From contig JBAZYP010000009.1 in assembly GCA_041659265.1 (NCBI GenBank), positions 12,201 to 76,200 of the forward strand: a DNA stretch of 64,000 nucleotides, given 5' to 3'. Of this stretch, positions 28,187 through 37,936 are shown piece after piece. The notes beneath the pieces were generated by a model. It worked only from the letters and a program-made list of their open reading frames with translations. It had not been told where the DNA came from and did not search any database. Made by a program: the position numbers and the translations under genes. Origin of the DNA: Candidatus Pacearchaeota archaeon. GTDB lineage: Archaea; Nanobdellota; Nanobdellia; Pacearchaeales; GW2011-AR1. The stretch's first letter is position 1. Each line of letters opens with the position of its first letter.

Positions 28187-29200
28187 ATGGAAATTTTCAA
28201 TAGTCTTATTAGTCCTGAGGAATTAATTAAAGAAATCCCAACTAGTATTGCTGTTATAGAAAATGTTAAGAAATCCAGGCAAGAAATTAAAGATATACTT
28301 GATGGAAAGGATAAGAGGAAGATATTTGTTATTGGCCCTTGTTCAATACATAATTTTAATGAAGCATTAAAATATGCTGAAAAATTGAAAAATTTACAGG
28401 AAAAAGTTAAAGATAGGGTATTATTATTAATGAGAGTTTATCTTGAAAAACCAAGAACTAGTTCTGGATGGAAGGGTTTTATTAATGATCCTGATTTAAA
28501 TGAAAGTTATAATATTGAAAAAGGATTAAAATTATCAAGAGAATTATTAATTAAAATTATTGAATTAGGGGTTCCTTGTGCAACTGAATTTTTAGAAATA
28601 TTAGTTTATCCTTATATACAAGATTTAATTTCATGGGGTGCAATTGGTGCACGAACTACTGAATCTCCTGTACATAGACAAATTGTATCTGGGATGGATA
28701 TTCCTATAGGATTTAAAAATTTAACTTCAGGGGATATTGATAGTGCAATAAATGCAATTATTTTTTCAAGCAATCCTAATCATTTTATTGGTATTGATAT
28801 AAATGGAAAAGTTTCTAAAATTTCTACAAGTGGAAATAAATATTGCAATTTAGTTTTAAGAGGTGGAATAACTGGGCCTAATTATGAGGATGAATTTGTT
28901 GAAGAAAGCCAGAAGAGATTAAAAGAAAAGGCAATTTCTGAAAAAATCTTTATTGATTGCAATCATGGAAATTCTTTAAAAGATTATTCTAGGCAGCCTG
29001 ATGTTTTTAGAGAGGTTGTAGCTCAGATGATAAAAAATACTAATCTTATTGGAGTCATGTTAGAATCTAATATAAATGAAGGTAAACAAATTATTCCTGA
29101 AGATTTAAAACAATTAAAGGAAGGAGTTTCAGTTACTGATGGTTGCATTAGTTTTGAAGTAACAGAAAAACTAATTTTAGAAGCCTATTCTATACTTTAA
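28187..29200 (+). CDS. Class I DAHP synthase (3-deoxy-7-phosphoheptulonate synthase), AroF/G/H-like
   Basis: VIGPCSIHN, MRVYLEKPRTSSGWKGFINDPDL, GAIGARTTESPVHRQIVSG, IGFKNLTSGD, FIDCNHGNS, GVMLESNINEG. Confidence 0.93.
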   Translation: MEIFNSLISPEELIKEIPTSIAVIENVKKSRQEIKDILDGKDKRKIFVIGPCSIHNFNEALKYAEKLKNLQEKVKDRVLLLMRVYLEKPRTSSGWKGFINDPDLNESYNIEKGLKLSRELLIKIIELGVPCATEFLEILVYPYIQDLISWGAIGARTTESPVHRQIVSGMDIPIGFKNLTSGDIDSAINAIIFSSNPNHFIGIDINGKVSKISTSGNKYCNLVLRGGITGPNYEDEFVEESQKRLKEKAISEKIFIDCNHGNSLKDYSRQPDVFREVVAQMIKNTNLIGVMLESNINEGKQIIPEDLKQLKEGVSVTDGCISFEVTEKLILEAYSIL

Positions 29201-29286
29201 AGTTAAATTTGCTGCTTGCAAATTTAAGTTATAATTTTTTATTAATAATTTGCAATTTTAAAATTGAAATAAATTTAATTTTAAAT

Positions 29287-29505
29287 CTAGTCATCTAAAA
29301 TCGAATTATAGAAGTCTTTTGTGAACCATATCCAAACACCAGTTATAACAATACCCGCAGACCAGAATAATATTACAAGGTTAAGCAATGTAGAAGATGA
29401 TCCTTCACCAACGACATTTCCAGTTATTCCTTCTGAAGAGGCTATAAGCAAGACGAATAAACCAAATGTCATCATAATAGCTGAAAGGGTTTTTTGCATG
29501 ATCAT
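29287..29505 (-). CDS. Small two-TM membrane protein
   Basis: 72 aa with two hydrophobic segments; preferred over the antisense ORF 29321-29518. Confidence 0.45.
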   Translation of the reverse strand: MIMQKTLSAIMMTFGLFVLLIASSEGITGNVVGEGSSSTLLNLVILFWSAGIVITGVWIWFTKDFYNSILDD

Positions 29506-29684
29506 AGTAGATATATAAAATAATGTTGATATTTAAAGGTTATTTTTGTATATAATTGTTTGGAAATGATTGAAGAGAATGGTTTTAAATAAATAATTTT
29601 AAAAAATTAAGAAAAAATAAAATATTACAGAATATTTTTATTATACTAAGATAGATTTAAATATTTTTTATTTCTTTTAATTTT

Positions 29685-29981
29685 ATGGAATTAAAATGGT
29701 ATCAGTGGGTAGGTTTTTTAATATTTTTTACATATACCTATTTAATTTTAACGGTAACAACATCTACGCCTAGAGAGAATTATATCATTAATTATATTAT
29801 GATTGTTATAGGTTTTTTAATCGTTTTAGTTGGTTGGTTTGAAACCAGAAAAAATAAGGAAAAAAATAATAAAAGAAGTAAATGGAAAATTTTTCTCTAT
29901 TCCTCCCTTTATATTCTTATGTTTTTATTTCTTATGATAGATCTTCTAGATTTTTTAATATTTCTTTCATGGTTTTTTTAG
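29685..29981 (+). CDS. Multi-TM small membrane protein
   Basis: 98 aa, highly hydrophobic. Confidence 0.45.
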   Translation: MELKWYQWVGFLIFFTYTYLILTVTTSTPRENYIINYIMIVIGFLIVLVGWFETRKNKEKNNKRSKWKIFLYSSLYILMFLFLMIDLLDFLIFLSWFF

Positions 29982-30013
29982 GTAATTTAATATTTAACAA
30001 TATTAGATCTAAA

Positions 30014-30026
30014 CCTCTAGGCCGGT
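30014..30026 (+). repeat. CCTCTAGGCCGGT, copy 1 of a 13-nt motif flanking the 30104 gene
   Basis: 12/13 match to CCTCCAGGCCGGT at 31133-31145. Enclosed by AGATC...ATCT-type complementary arms. Confidence 0.6.
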
Positions 30027-30103
30027 AAAATCTATAATATATGTTAGATAACTTCTATTATTATGTAATTGAGTTTAAAAAATGGATTTAGTATATCTTT
30101 ATT

Positions 30104-31105
30104 ATGAAACCTCAAAAAAAGGTTAGAAATTGGTTTTTATTTGGGGTGATGTTAATTGTAGTTCTTAATTTTGTTGATGCTATTGATGTAGGAAATGGTG
30201 TTGGAGTAAATATACAGCCGGTTAAACTTGCTCCAAAAGTGTGGTTATGTGAGAATCGTTCATTTAATAATTATGTAGTTGAAAATGAAGTAATAAAATG
30301 GAAAATACTTATTTTTGACAAATATGACATTAATAGGCTTGGTAATGTTATTGGTTTAGTTATTAATGAAGATAACAAGAATATAGAATTAAATTGTATT
30401 CCTGATGCAAATTCAAATTCATTAGGAATTCTAGATCCTTCATGTAATGCAAAATTTAGCGACTTCATAATTAATGAATTTGGAAAAGATTCTATGATAT
30501 ATTATACTTGTAGTCTTACTGCTGAAAATTATAATAAAATGAATGGAAAATATATTTTATCTTTTGAAGCAACTAATGCAGTAGGAATTTCTGAAAGAAA
30601 TTTAGGTGTAGAATATTTGTTTATAACTCCAATACCTTCTATACATATTAATTTTAATTCAACAAATAATGATATCGATGTAAAAACAGATTTAGATTAT
30701 TATATAAGGGATTATTCTGAAAAATGCTTGGATAAATATTGTAATAAGAAAATTAAAAAGTATTTTATTTCAAATGATAAACAAGATGCGTATTTAGAGT
30801 TAAAATATATAAAATCAAGAAATAATGGACAAATAGAAATTATTAATTTATCTTATAATGGGGTTAAACAACCTATAAAACGGAATTCATTCAAAATTAT
30901 GAATTCTACAAGAGGTATTAGTGAAAGACTTATTGTTGATAAAATATCATTAAATCTTGATTATAATAAGAGAAAAGATGAAACAATGGTTAAATCTTAT
31001 GGGGCAAGAAAAGTCCTAACAACAAAAGGAAATGGATTATCTTTAATTCAGTTAAATATTATTAATGGAAATTTTAATTATTCTATAATTAGGGATACTC
31101 TCTAA
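30104..31105 (+). CDS. Secreted/surface hypothetical protein
   Basis: 333 aa with an N-terminal signal-like helix (VRNWFLFGVMLIVVLNFVDA); no recognisable catalytic motif. Confidence 0.55.
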   Translation: MKPQKKVRNWFLFGVMLIVVLNFVDAIDVGNGVGVNIQPVKLAPKVWLCENRSFNNYVVENEVIKWKILIFDKYDINRLGNVIGLVINEDNKNIELNCIPDANSNSLGILDPSCNAKFSDFIINEFGKDSMIYYTCSLTAENYNKMNGKYILSFEATNAVGISERNLGVEYLFITPIPSIHINFNSTNNDIDVKTDLDYYIRDYSEKCLDKYCNKKIKKYFISNDKQDAYLELKYIKSRNNGQIEIINLSYNGVKQPIKRNSFKIMNSTRGISERLIVDKISLNLDYNKRKDETMVKSYGARKVLTTKGNGLSLIQLNIINGNFNYSIIRDTL

Positions 31106-31126
31106 AAATAGGTTTTTCAACAAAAA

Positions 31127-31278
31127 AAGACAGCCTCCAGGCCGGTCCTAAAAATTTTATTTTATAAAATTTTTGTCTGATTCAAAAACCATAGAAGTTT
31201 TTGAACAAGTCGAACCGAGCACTTTGGTTAGAATCTGGCTAATGAAGAATTAATATAATATCGCAATAGCGATATTAT
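31127..31278. ncRNA. Possible structured non-coding RNA between the 30104 gene and tRNA-Thr
   Basis: AGACA (31127-31131) / TGTCT (31173-31177); AAAAATTTTA-TTTTA-TAAAATTTTT (31149-31173); TTCAAAAAC-CATAGAA-GTTTT... (31180 to about 31205); perfect stem around TCGC-AATA-GCGA (31261-31272) adjacent to the tRNA 3' end; run of seven T on the minus strand opposite 31121-31127. Confidence 0.35.
31133..31145 (+). repeat. CCTCCAGGCCGGT, copy 2 of the 13-nt motif
   Basis: Matches copy 1 at 30014-30026 with one mismatch; also resembles the acceptor/T-stem end of tRNA-Thr (GCCTCCAGCCGG). Confidence 0.6.
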
Positions 31279-31281
31279 TTA

Positions 31282-31354
31282 AGCCTCCAGCCGGAGTCGA
31301 ACCGACGACCTACTGATTACAAGTCAGCCGCTCTACCAACTGAGCTATGGAGGC
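31282..31354 (-). tRNA. tRNA-Thr (anticodon TGT)
   Basis: Revcomp GCCTCCATAGCTCAGTTGGTAGAGCGGCTGACTTGTAATCAGTAGGTCGTCGGTTCGACTCCGGCTGGAGGCT. All four arms pair; anticodon loop CTTGTAA. Confidence 0.95.
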
Positions 31355-31422
31355 ATTATGGTAAGGGTCAATATATCATGATAAATGAGGTTTAAAAGGA
31401 TTTTGGAAAGAATTTTTATCCT

Positions 31423-31914
31423 TTATAATACATGGTCGTCATCCGTTCGTTTGTAATCATGGATTTCATCTATTGAAAACCATAGTTTTGTTTCATAGCT
31501 AGCGTCTTTTTCATCTGAAGAAGCATGGATGATATTTTTTACAGCTATTTCTTTTGTATCTGCATGACTATAACTTATATGAGAATAATCTCCTCTAATT
31601 GTACCTGGAAGTGCTGCTTTAGATTCAGTTGCACCGCATAGTTTTCTTACATTTTCTATTGCATCAACACCTTCAACAATCATAGCTACAATAGGACCTG
31701 AAGTAATAAAATCTAAAAGCCTTGTTCTAACATGTTCTCCTCTTCTTTTAGCTATATCATCTGTATAATGATTTTGAGCAAGATCTTTAGATATATGCGT
31801 CAATTTAAGCGCAACAATTTTTAATCCTCTTTGTTCAAATCTTCTAATAACTTCTCCAACTAGACCTCTAGCTACTCCATCTGGTTTAACCAATACTAAA
31901 GTTTGTTGAATCAT
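31423..31914 (-). CDS. ndk: Nucleoside diphosphate kinase
   Basis: QTLVLVKPDGVARGLVGEVIRRFEQRGLKIVALKL, LPGTIRGDYS, IIHASSDEKDASYE. The catalytic His context NxxHxSD is replaced as usual by NIIHASD/NIIHASS. Confidence 0.95.
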   Translation of the reverse strand: MIQQTLVLVKPDGVARGLVGEVIRRFEQRGLKIVALKLTHISKDLAQNHYTDDIAKRRGEHVRTRLLDFITSGPIVAMIVEGVDAIENVRKLCGATESKAALPGTIRGDYSHISYSHADTKEIAVKNIIHASSDEKDASYETKLWFSIDEIHDYKRTDDDHVL

Positions 31915-32109
31915 TTTTTTTAATAATATCTAGGATTTATAAACTTAATTATGATGAGGCTTTGTTTATGGTTTATAAAATATTATTTTTTATTAATAAT
32001 TTTAAACTTATTTTTACTTGTTTCTCCTCACTTAAGGGGGAGAAAAAGTATAAAATAAGTAGTTTAAATTATAACCTTTGATTATTCTTAAGGAGAATAA
32101 TAATCATAT

Positions 32110-35100
32110 TTAATCCTTAAATAATTTATTTTTTACCTTTAATCTTTCTTTTTTAGGTAATTTTACATATGTCTTTTTTATGTTTTCATAAAAACGAGTT
32201 GCATCATCAGTTCTCTTATCTTTTTTAGCAAGTTCATATTCTTTTATTAATGCGTTTATATCTTTCTTATCGATATAAATTCTTATATTTTTAATATCTT
32301 TATACAAATGTTTTCTACAGCCCTTAGGAACTAATGGATATATTTCTTTAATTTTATGATATTTTTCTCTAGCTGTTTCAATATCTTCTCTTTTTATTGC
32401 TTTTTTTGCTTCTTTAACATATTTGAATATTCTTGAACCATCTTCTTCTTTTTTCCACATATATATTCTGTATCTTTTTATAGAGATAAAGATAAGATAA
32501 ATGATAAATAATCCCAAGATTATTAACATCAAATATGTTAGCCAGTTGTCAAATTTAAGATCACTTAATAAAAAGAATCCTGTAATTTTAACTTCTTTTA
32601 TATAAATTTCTTTAAAGAGTATTGTGTCTGTTTTTTCAAATTCCTTTGGTTCTATTTCTTTTTCTATATAATAGACTAGTTCATTATTTTCATTTAAGTC
32701 TTTTTTACTAATTAATACACTATTTCCTTGTTTTTCAATTGGTAAAGATAAAAATACAGTATTATTAATGTCTGATATTAGTTCACCAGGGATTATTTCC
32801 ATTATTTCTTCAAACGAATCATTTTGAATATTAATTTTTTTAGATATTAGGGTAATCTTTTTTGTTTTTTCTTTATATTCTATTTCAACTTGGTAAACTT
32901 TAGTTGATACAGAAAGATATTTTTGGAATTCTAAATTTGTTTCTACTAGATTTTTTATAATATCTTTATCTATTTCATTTCCTTTTGAAGAAAGATAGTT
33001 GTTTAAAACCGATTCTAAATCATTAGTAATACTATTTTTAACAAATTCCTGCTGTTTTATTATTCTAACATCTAATGGTAATTTATTTTTAATATCGCTG
33101 ATCTCATTATTTATCTCTTGTATCTTTTTTTCTTTTTGAACTTGATCTGAAACATATTTAAGATTATTTCCAAGGTCTTGATCTATTTGTCTTAATCTTT
33201 TATTAAAATAACCTAGATCATTTTCCAAACCTAATAATAGAAGGACATTTTTTTGATCCATTGAATAGGTTTCTTTTTTATCCATAAAATCCTGAAGACT
33301 AGATAATAAACTATCTACTTCTTCTTTTTGAGAGTAAGAATAACTAGTATTTTTTTCATTTTCTTCATCTTCATTGTCATCTTCATTTAATTGATTTGAG
33401 GTTAATAAGTTGTTATTTAAATCAATAGTAAAATCTCTTTTATTTTCATTGTGATTACTTGAGTTATCATAACATTCAATATACCAAGAAAATTCTCCAT
33501 TATGGAATTCTTGCATTGGAATTTCGTAAATTTTATTATTTTCAGGATTAATTTCAGTTTTTGAATATATAAGAACTCCAAACATGCCTGAATTATTATA
33601 AAGTTCAAAAGTGCAATTTGCTAATTTTATATTATCTGATGCCTTATATGAAAATGTTAATGTTGAAGATTTTATTATTGCTTCGTTTTCTGGTCCGATT
33701 AAAGTAATTTCTGGATCAGTTGAATCAATGTTGTTTGTAACTTGAATTGGTCCTTTTTGAATTGAAAACACTCTTCCATCTATAGTTATATTACTTTTTA
33801 TATAAAAAGTTCCTGGAAGTGCATATTTGTGTGAACTTGTTATATTAATATTATTTTCATTAATTGAAAAATAGGAAATATCTAACGCGCCTTCTCCAAA
33901 ATAATTTATTATAGAGCTTATTTTTTCAACAGGAGAATCAATTCTAATATCTAATGTTAAATTTTCATTAGAATTTAATTCAAGTTTATTAGGCGTTATA
34001 TCTATTTTTGCAACTGAGAAATTCTTTGATATTGAATAGGGTTGTTCATAGTAATACGATGTAAGATTAACGGTATATACTCCTGGTGAAGAAATTTCTG
34101 AACCTGATATATTGTATTCCATTGGATAAGGCCCATTTAGATTATTTAAAATAACTTCATTTCCATTTGGTTTTTTTAATATTAATCTAGTTTGAGTTGG
34201 TTTTGAATCAAATCTAAGTCTTATATTTTCTCCTGGAAGATATACTTTATTTTCAATATCTAAAGAGAATGTATCATTAATAATGAAATAACCTGAAATT
34301 GATTTTTCTTTATCATTATCTTTGCATATAAGATCCCATTTATGATTTCCATTAATTAGATTTGTTGGCCAGATCAAGGATAAATTTAGTGCAGGATTAA
34401 AATCAGTTAGATTTTGATGAGAATTTAAATTATCAATTATTAATTTGCATTTTAATCTAGATAGATTAAAATATCCAATATTAAAATTAAAATTAATTGG
34501 ATTAGCTACTAGTGAATTATTAATTGGAAATGTTGAAACTAGGGTAAGATTTTCAGAAAAATCTATTGGATTAAAACTTATTTTAATTCTATATTCTTGT
34601 TCTGATAGATGCGGTACAATCCAAGAGATCCTATCAAACAATTCATCATTATTTGTGTCATAATAAGTAATATTATCAAGTAATTTAGCTTCAACTTTAG
34701 AATAAACTTCTATTTTAGTAAATTCATTTATTTTAGTTGGTATAATATCTGTATAAAGTCTTATTGGATTGTCTATTTCAACTGAACTATTTAAAATAAC
34801 AATTTTTTCAGTTTCATTATGCTTTATTTCTTTTTTTTGAATTTGATTATCACAATTTATTTCTTCAGGCATAAGTCCTTCATAATTCATCAAATCAGAA
34901 TCATCTTCAATATGGCATTCTAAATATCTTTTTTCAATAGGATTATCTTCTTTATTTTCAGTATTTTCTTGTTCAAGAGCTAAAGAAATCGCTTCAACTG
35001 TTTTTAACATTTGAATAGTATCTGAATATTTTGGATTAGATTCATTTAAATCTGATTTAGATAATTCTTCCTGAGTAATATTTTCTTTTTGATTTTCAAT

Positions 35101-35691
35101 ATTTGTTGAAGAATTACTTTGAGATGAAGTTGTTTGTTCAATAATTTTAACTTCTCCAGAGGAACTTGTACCAATATTTCCTTCACTTGAACCGCCATTG
35201 AAAGTTATTGATGCTTCTTTAACTGGTTCTTCATTAGTATTATTTGAAGAATTTTCTTGTTCTTTATAATCTTCATTAGTTTCATTATTAGATGTTATTT
35301 TTCTTTCAGAATTATTTTCTTGTGAATCTTTAATTGGTGAATCCATTTTTGATTCAACCTCAACAAGATCAAATTCAGATTCTATTTTTTCATTAGAATC
35401 ATTTTTATTAATTGTAGAAACTTGTTCTTCAGATTTGTTTACTAAAATAGAACTATCCTGAATTATTGATGGAGTTTGTTTATTTTCTGTTGAAGAAGTT
35501 GATTCTGTTGATACAGATATTTCTAATTGTTGAGTTTGTTTAATTTCATTAGTATTTTCAATATTAGTTTTATCTAAATCAATAGTAGTATTATCCTGGC
35601 TTAAAACTATGATATTTGAAACTGAGATTAAGATTAAAGTAATTAATAATAAAGATATATTTTTGTTAAGAAATTTCATTTTATTTATCAC
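32110..35691 (-). CDS. Very large surface protein: Ser/Thr/Asn/Glu-rich stalk, Ig-like domains, TM, cytosolic helical tail
   Basis: 1193 aa. N-terminal signal, low-complexity 35-560 region, Ig-like strands (IDVTSPEITL-type), TM WLTYLMLIILGLFIIYLIFISI, tail VKEAKKAIKREDIETAREKYHKIKEIYPLVPKGCRKHLYKDI. Confidence 0.75.
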   Translation of the reverse strand: MINKMKFLNKNISLLLITLILISVSNIIVLSQDNTTIDLDKTNIENTNEIKQTQQLEISVSTESTSSTENKQTPSIIQDSSILVNKSEEQVSTINKNDSNEKIESEFDLVEVESKMDSPIKDSQENNSERKITSNNETNEDYKEQENSSNNTNEEPVKEASITFNGGSSEGNIGTSSSGEVKIIEQTTSSQSNSSTNIENQKENITQEELSKSDLNESNPKYSDTIQMLKTVEAISLALEQENTENKEDNPIEKRYLECHIEDDSDLMNYEGLMPEEINCDNQIQKKEIKHNETEKIVILNSSVEIDNPIRLYTDIIPTKINEFTKIEVYSKVEAKLLDNITYYDTNNDELFDRISWIVPHLSEQEYRIKISFNPIDFSENLTLVSTFPINNSLVANPINFNFNIGYFNLSRLKCKLIIDNLNSHQNLTDFNPALNLSLIWPTNLINGNHKWDLICKDNDKEKSISGYFIINDTFSLDIENKVYLPGENIRLRFDSKPTQTRLILKKPNGNEVILNNLNGPYPMEYNISGSEISSPGVYTVNLTSYYYEQPYSISKNFSVAKIDITPNKLELNSNENLTLDIRIDSPVEKISSIINYFGEGALDISYFSINENNINITSSHKYALPGTFYIKSNITIDGRVFSIQKGPIQVTNNIDSTDPEITLIGPENEAIIKSSTLTFSYKASDNIKLANCTFELYNNSGMFGVLIYSKTEINPENNKIYEIPMQEFHNGEFSWYIECYDNSSNHNENKRDFTIDLNNNLLTSNQLNEDDNEDEENEKNTSYSYSQKEEVDSLLSSLQDFMDKKETYSMDQKNVLLLLGLENDLGYFNKRLRQIDQDLGNNLKYVSDQVQKEKKIQEINNEISDIKNKLPLDVRIIKQQEFVKNSITNDLESVLNNYLSSKGNEIDKDIIKNLVETNLEFQKYLSVSTKVYQVEIEYKEKTKKITLISKKINIQNDSFEEIMEIIPGELISDINNTVFLSLPIEKQGNSVLISKKDLNENNELVYYIEKEIEPKEFEKTDTILFKEIYIKEVKITGFFLLSDLKFDNWLTYLMLIILGLFIIYLIFISIKRYRIYMWKKEEDGSRIFKYVKEAKKAIKREDIETAREKYHKIKEIYPLVPKGCRKHLYKDIKNIRIYIDKKDINALIKEYELAKKDKRTDDATRFYENIKKTYVKLPKKERLKVKNKLFKD

Positions 35692-35929
35692 CTTTTTTTT
35701 CTAGTTTATTTATCTTTAAGAATCCTTCATTATATAACCATAATGTTAAAATTTTTCCAACTACATCTTGCTCATTACTTCCCATAATGCCTACTAATTT
35801 TTGCAGAATATCTCTTTGATTGTCAGTAATCGTACCTTTAACAACGACGGTTTTTGCTCTATTTTTTTCATCAGGTCTCTTTTGAGACTCTTTTAAGCCC
35901 TCTTTTAGCATAAAATAGATACTTTTCAA
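35681..35929 (-). CDS. Small RHH/HTH-like regulator candidate
   Basis: AKTVVVKGTITDNQRDILQKLVGIMGSNEQDVVGKILTLWLYNEGFL has a ribbon-helix-helix-like pattern. Alternative start MLKEGLKE at 35911. Overlaps the start of the 1193-aa gene. Confidence 0.5.
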   Translation of the reverse strand: MKSIYFMLKEGLKESQKRPDEKNRAKTVVVKGTITDNQRDILQKLVGIMGSNEQDVVGKILTLWLYNEGFLKINKLEKKGDK

Positions 35930-36016
35930 GTCTTTATAAACCTTTTCATTAAGGTTTTTTAATAGTATATTTTTTCTTTCAAAAAGGTATATAAATTATA
36001 ATTGAGGTATTATATA

Positions 36017-37936
36017 ATGAATAGAATAAAGGGGCGGTATTATTTGGTGATAGGTTTATTTTACTTATTTTTTCTATTAAATTCAGTAATAATTGCTCAA
36101 GATGTAGAAACTGGGATGAATGTTACAGTTAGTCCTCCTATTCTTATTCAACTAATACCTAATTTTACATGGGAAACTAATCAAAATCTTACTAATGCCT
36201 TTTGTTTAGATGATTATTTTAAAGACCCTTCTGGATTTAGTTTAAATTATACATTTACCAGTGTTCCTAATATTCTTGTTGTGATTAATTCTACAACAAA
36301 TAATGTTTCTTTTTATCCTGATTTTGGATTTATGGGTATTAGGAATATAACTTTTTATGCTACCAATGATATGGGAACTACTCCAAGTAATCCTGTTACA
36401 TTATTTGTAAATTTAGATGACGAGGCACCTAAATGGAAGAATCCTGGAAAAAATAAAGTAAATGTTTATCAAAATGATTATGTAAATTTTACAACAACTT
36501 GGACTGACAATTATCAATTGCAGGGTTATACATTTTATTTAAGGCAACAAGGTGCTTGGGTTAGCACTCCTGGAAGTTTTAGTGGAATTGAAAATATTTC
36601 GAGAGCTAGTGCCCAGATAGTAAGTATTCCTGGAAATTTTATTTATTGGTATTTTTGCGCAAATGATACCTCTGCAAATTCAAATTGTACTGATTTATAT
36701 TCTTTTAATGTATCTGTGCCCCCTGTTGTTGATAATCCTCCATCTGTATCTCCCCCTTCATCAGGAGCAACTTCACCACCTCCTGCAACAACCACTCCAC
36801 CTGCAACTGGTGCTGCAGTAGTTCAATCTGAAGCAAAAAAGAAAATAAAGGATTTTTTAGTCGAACCCAGTTTTTTTAAGATTTCTATGAAACAAGCATC
36901 TGTTGATACTAGAATATTAAAAATAACTAATATAGGTAATACTGAAATTTTCATAAATTTGAGTCTTCTTGGTGTAGAAGATTTTGTCGTATTAAGTGAA
37001 AATTCATTTAATTTAACTAATGGCGAGGTTAAGAAAATTACAGTTGATTTCATAACAAAAAATAATACTGTTCCTGATCAATATTTTGGAAGAATAATAG
37101 TTTCTTCTTCTCAAATTCAAGAAGTTCCGGTTATTATTGATGTTAATCCTATTAATCAAAAATTTTCAGTTGATGTAAATATTTCTGAAAAATATAAGGT
37201 AGTTAAACCTGGTGAGATGGTACAAGCGAATATCATCATTAAGAACATAAAGGATATTACTCCTACAAATGTTAAATTACATATTGCTATAAAAGATTTT
37301 TCAGGAACAATTTATGATTCTTATGAGGAAGATATTCTTTTTGATGATACTTTAAATCTAATAAGAAATATCACTGTACCTTCAAATACAATTGTAGGGG
37401 AATATTTATTTTATGCTAGAATTTATGATGAAAATAATATTGCTATTGATTCAGATAGTTTTCAGGTTGGAACAAGATATTTATTAGCAGTTTATTTTAA
37501 AAAATATTTTTTATTTATTCTATTATTATTTTTATTTATTTTAACTATCTTTTTGATACTTAGATATAAAAAGGAAAGAGAGAAGGAACGAACTTTAACT
37601 CTTTATTTAATGCTTACAGAATTAAAGAATTTAATAAAAGATGGCAAGTTTGATAAAGCTGTACAATTATATATTAGAATAAAAACTATTTATGGCGAAC
37701 CTGTATCAAGAGCCAGTATTAAAGACAAAGAAAAATTAAAAGAAGAAATTGAAAAACTTTCTAATAAATTAAAGGGAGAATTGGAGACAGCAAAAGAAGC
37801 TAATTCAGATAAAGAAAAAAGCGATACAAAAAAATCTGAGGATATAAAAGAAGTCAATAAAGAAGAAACTATTGTAAAAAATGAAGAAAAAAAAGAAAGT
37901 GAAAATGAGGTAAAAAATGAAGAAAAAACCAAGTAA
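36017..37936 (+). CDS. Surface protein with Ig/cadherin-like ectodomain, Pro/Thr hinge, TM and helical charged cytosolic tail
   Basis: Ectodomain WETNQNLTNAFCLDDYFKDPSGFSLNYTF..., hinge PPSVSPPSSGATSPPPATTTPPATG, TM KYFLFILLLFLFILTIFLILRY, tail LMLTELKNLIKDGKFDKAVQLYIRIKTIYGEP. Track start 36002 is TTG; ATG 36017 preferred. Confidence 0.7.
   Translation: MNRIKGRYYLVIGLFYLFFLLNSVIIAQDVETGMNVTVSPPILIQLIPNFTWETNQNLTNAFCLDDYFKDPSGFSLNYTFTSVPNILVVINSTTNNVSFYPDFGFMGIRNITFYATNDMGTTPSNPVTLFVNLDDEAPKWKNPGKNKVNVYQNDYVNFTTTWTDNYQLQGYTFYLRQQGAWVSTPGSFSGIENISRASAQIVSIPGNFIYWYFCANDTSANSNCTDLYSFNVSVPPVVDNPPSVSPPSSGATSPPPATTTPPATGAAVVQSEAKKKIKDFLVEPSFFKISMKQASVDTRILKITNIGNTEIFINLSLLGVEDFVVLSENSFNLTNGEVKKITVDFITKNNTVPDQYFGRIIVSSSQIQEVPVIIDVNPINQKFSVDVNISEKYKVVKPGEMVQANIIIKNIKDITPTNVKLHIAIKDFSGTIYDSYEEDILFDDTLNLIRNITVPSNTIVGEYLFYARIYDENNIAIDSDSFQVGTRYLLAVYFKKYFLFILLLFLFILTIFLILRYKKEREKERTLTLYLMLTELKNLIKDGKFDKAVQLYIRIKTIYGEPVSRASIKDKEKLKEEIEKLSNKLKGELETAKEANSDKEKSDTKKSEDIKEVNKEETIVKNEEKKESENEVKNEEKTK

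Noticed and set aside
29321-29518. Plus-strand ORF 65 aa
   Set aside because: Antisense to the more plausible 72-aa two-TM protein on the minus strand.
31951-31957. C-box-like ATGATGA as evidence for a C/D box sRNA
   Set aside because: No D box (CTGA) or C'/D' pair at suitable spacing in the following ~60 nt.
35040-35600. Low-complexity repeat-like DNA (gaa/att/tct-rich) considered as a CRISPR or satellite
   Set aside because: It is coding for the Ser/Thr/Asn/Glu-rich stalk of the 1193-aa protein; no constant repeat/spacer periodicity.
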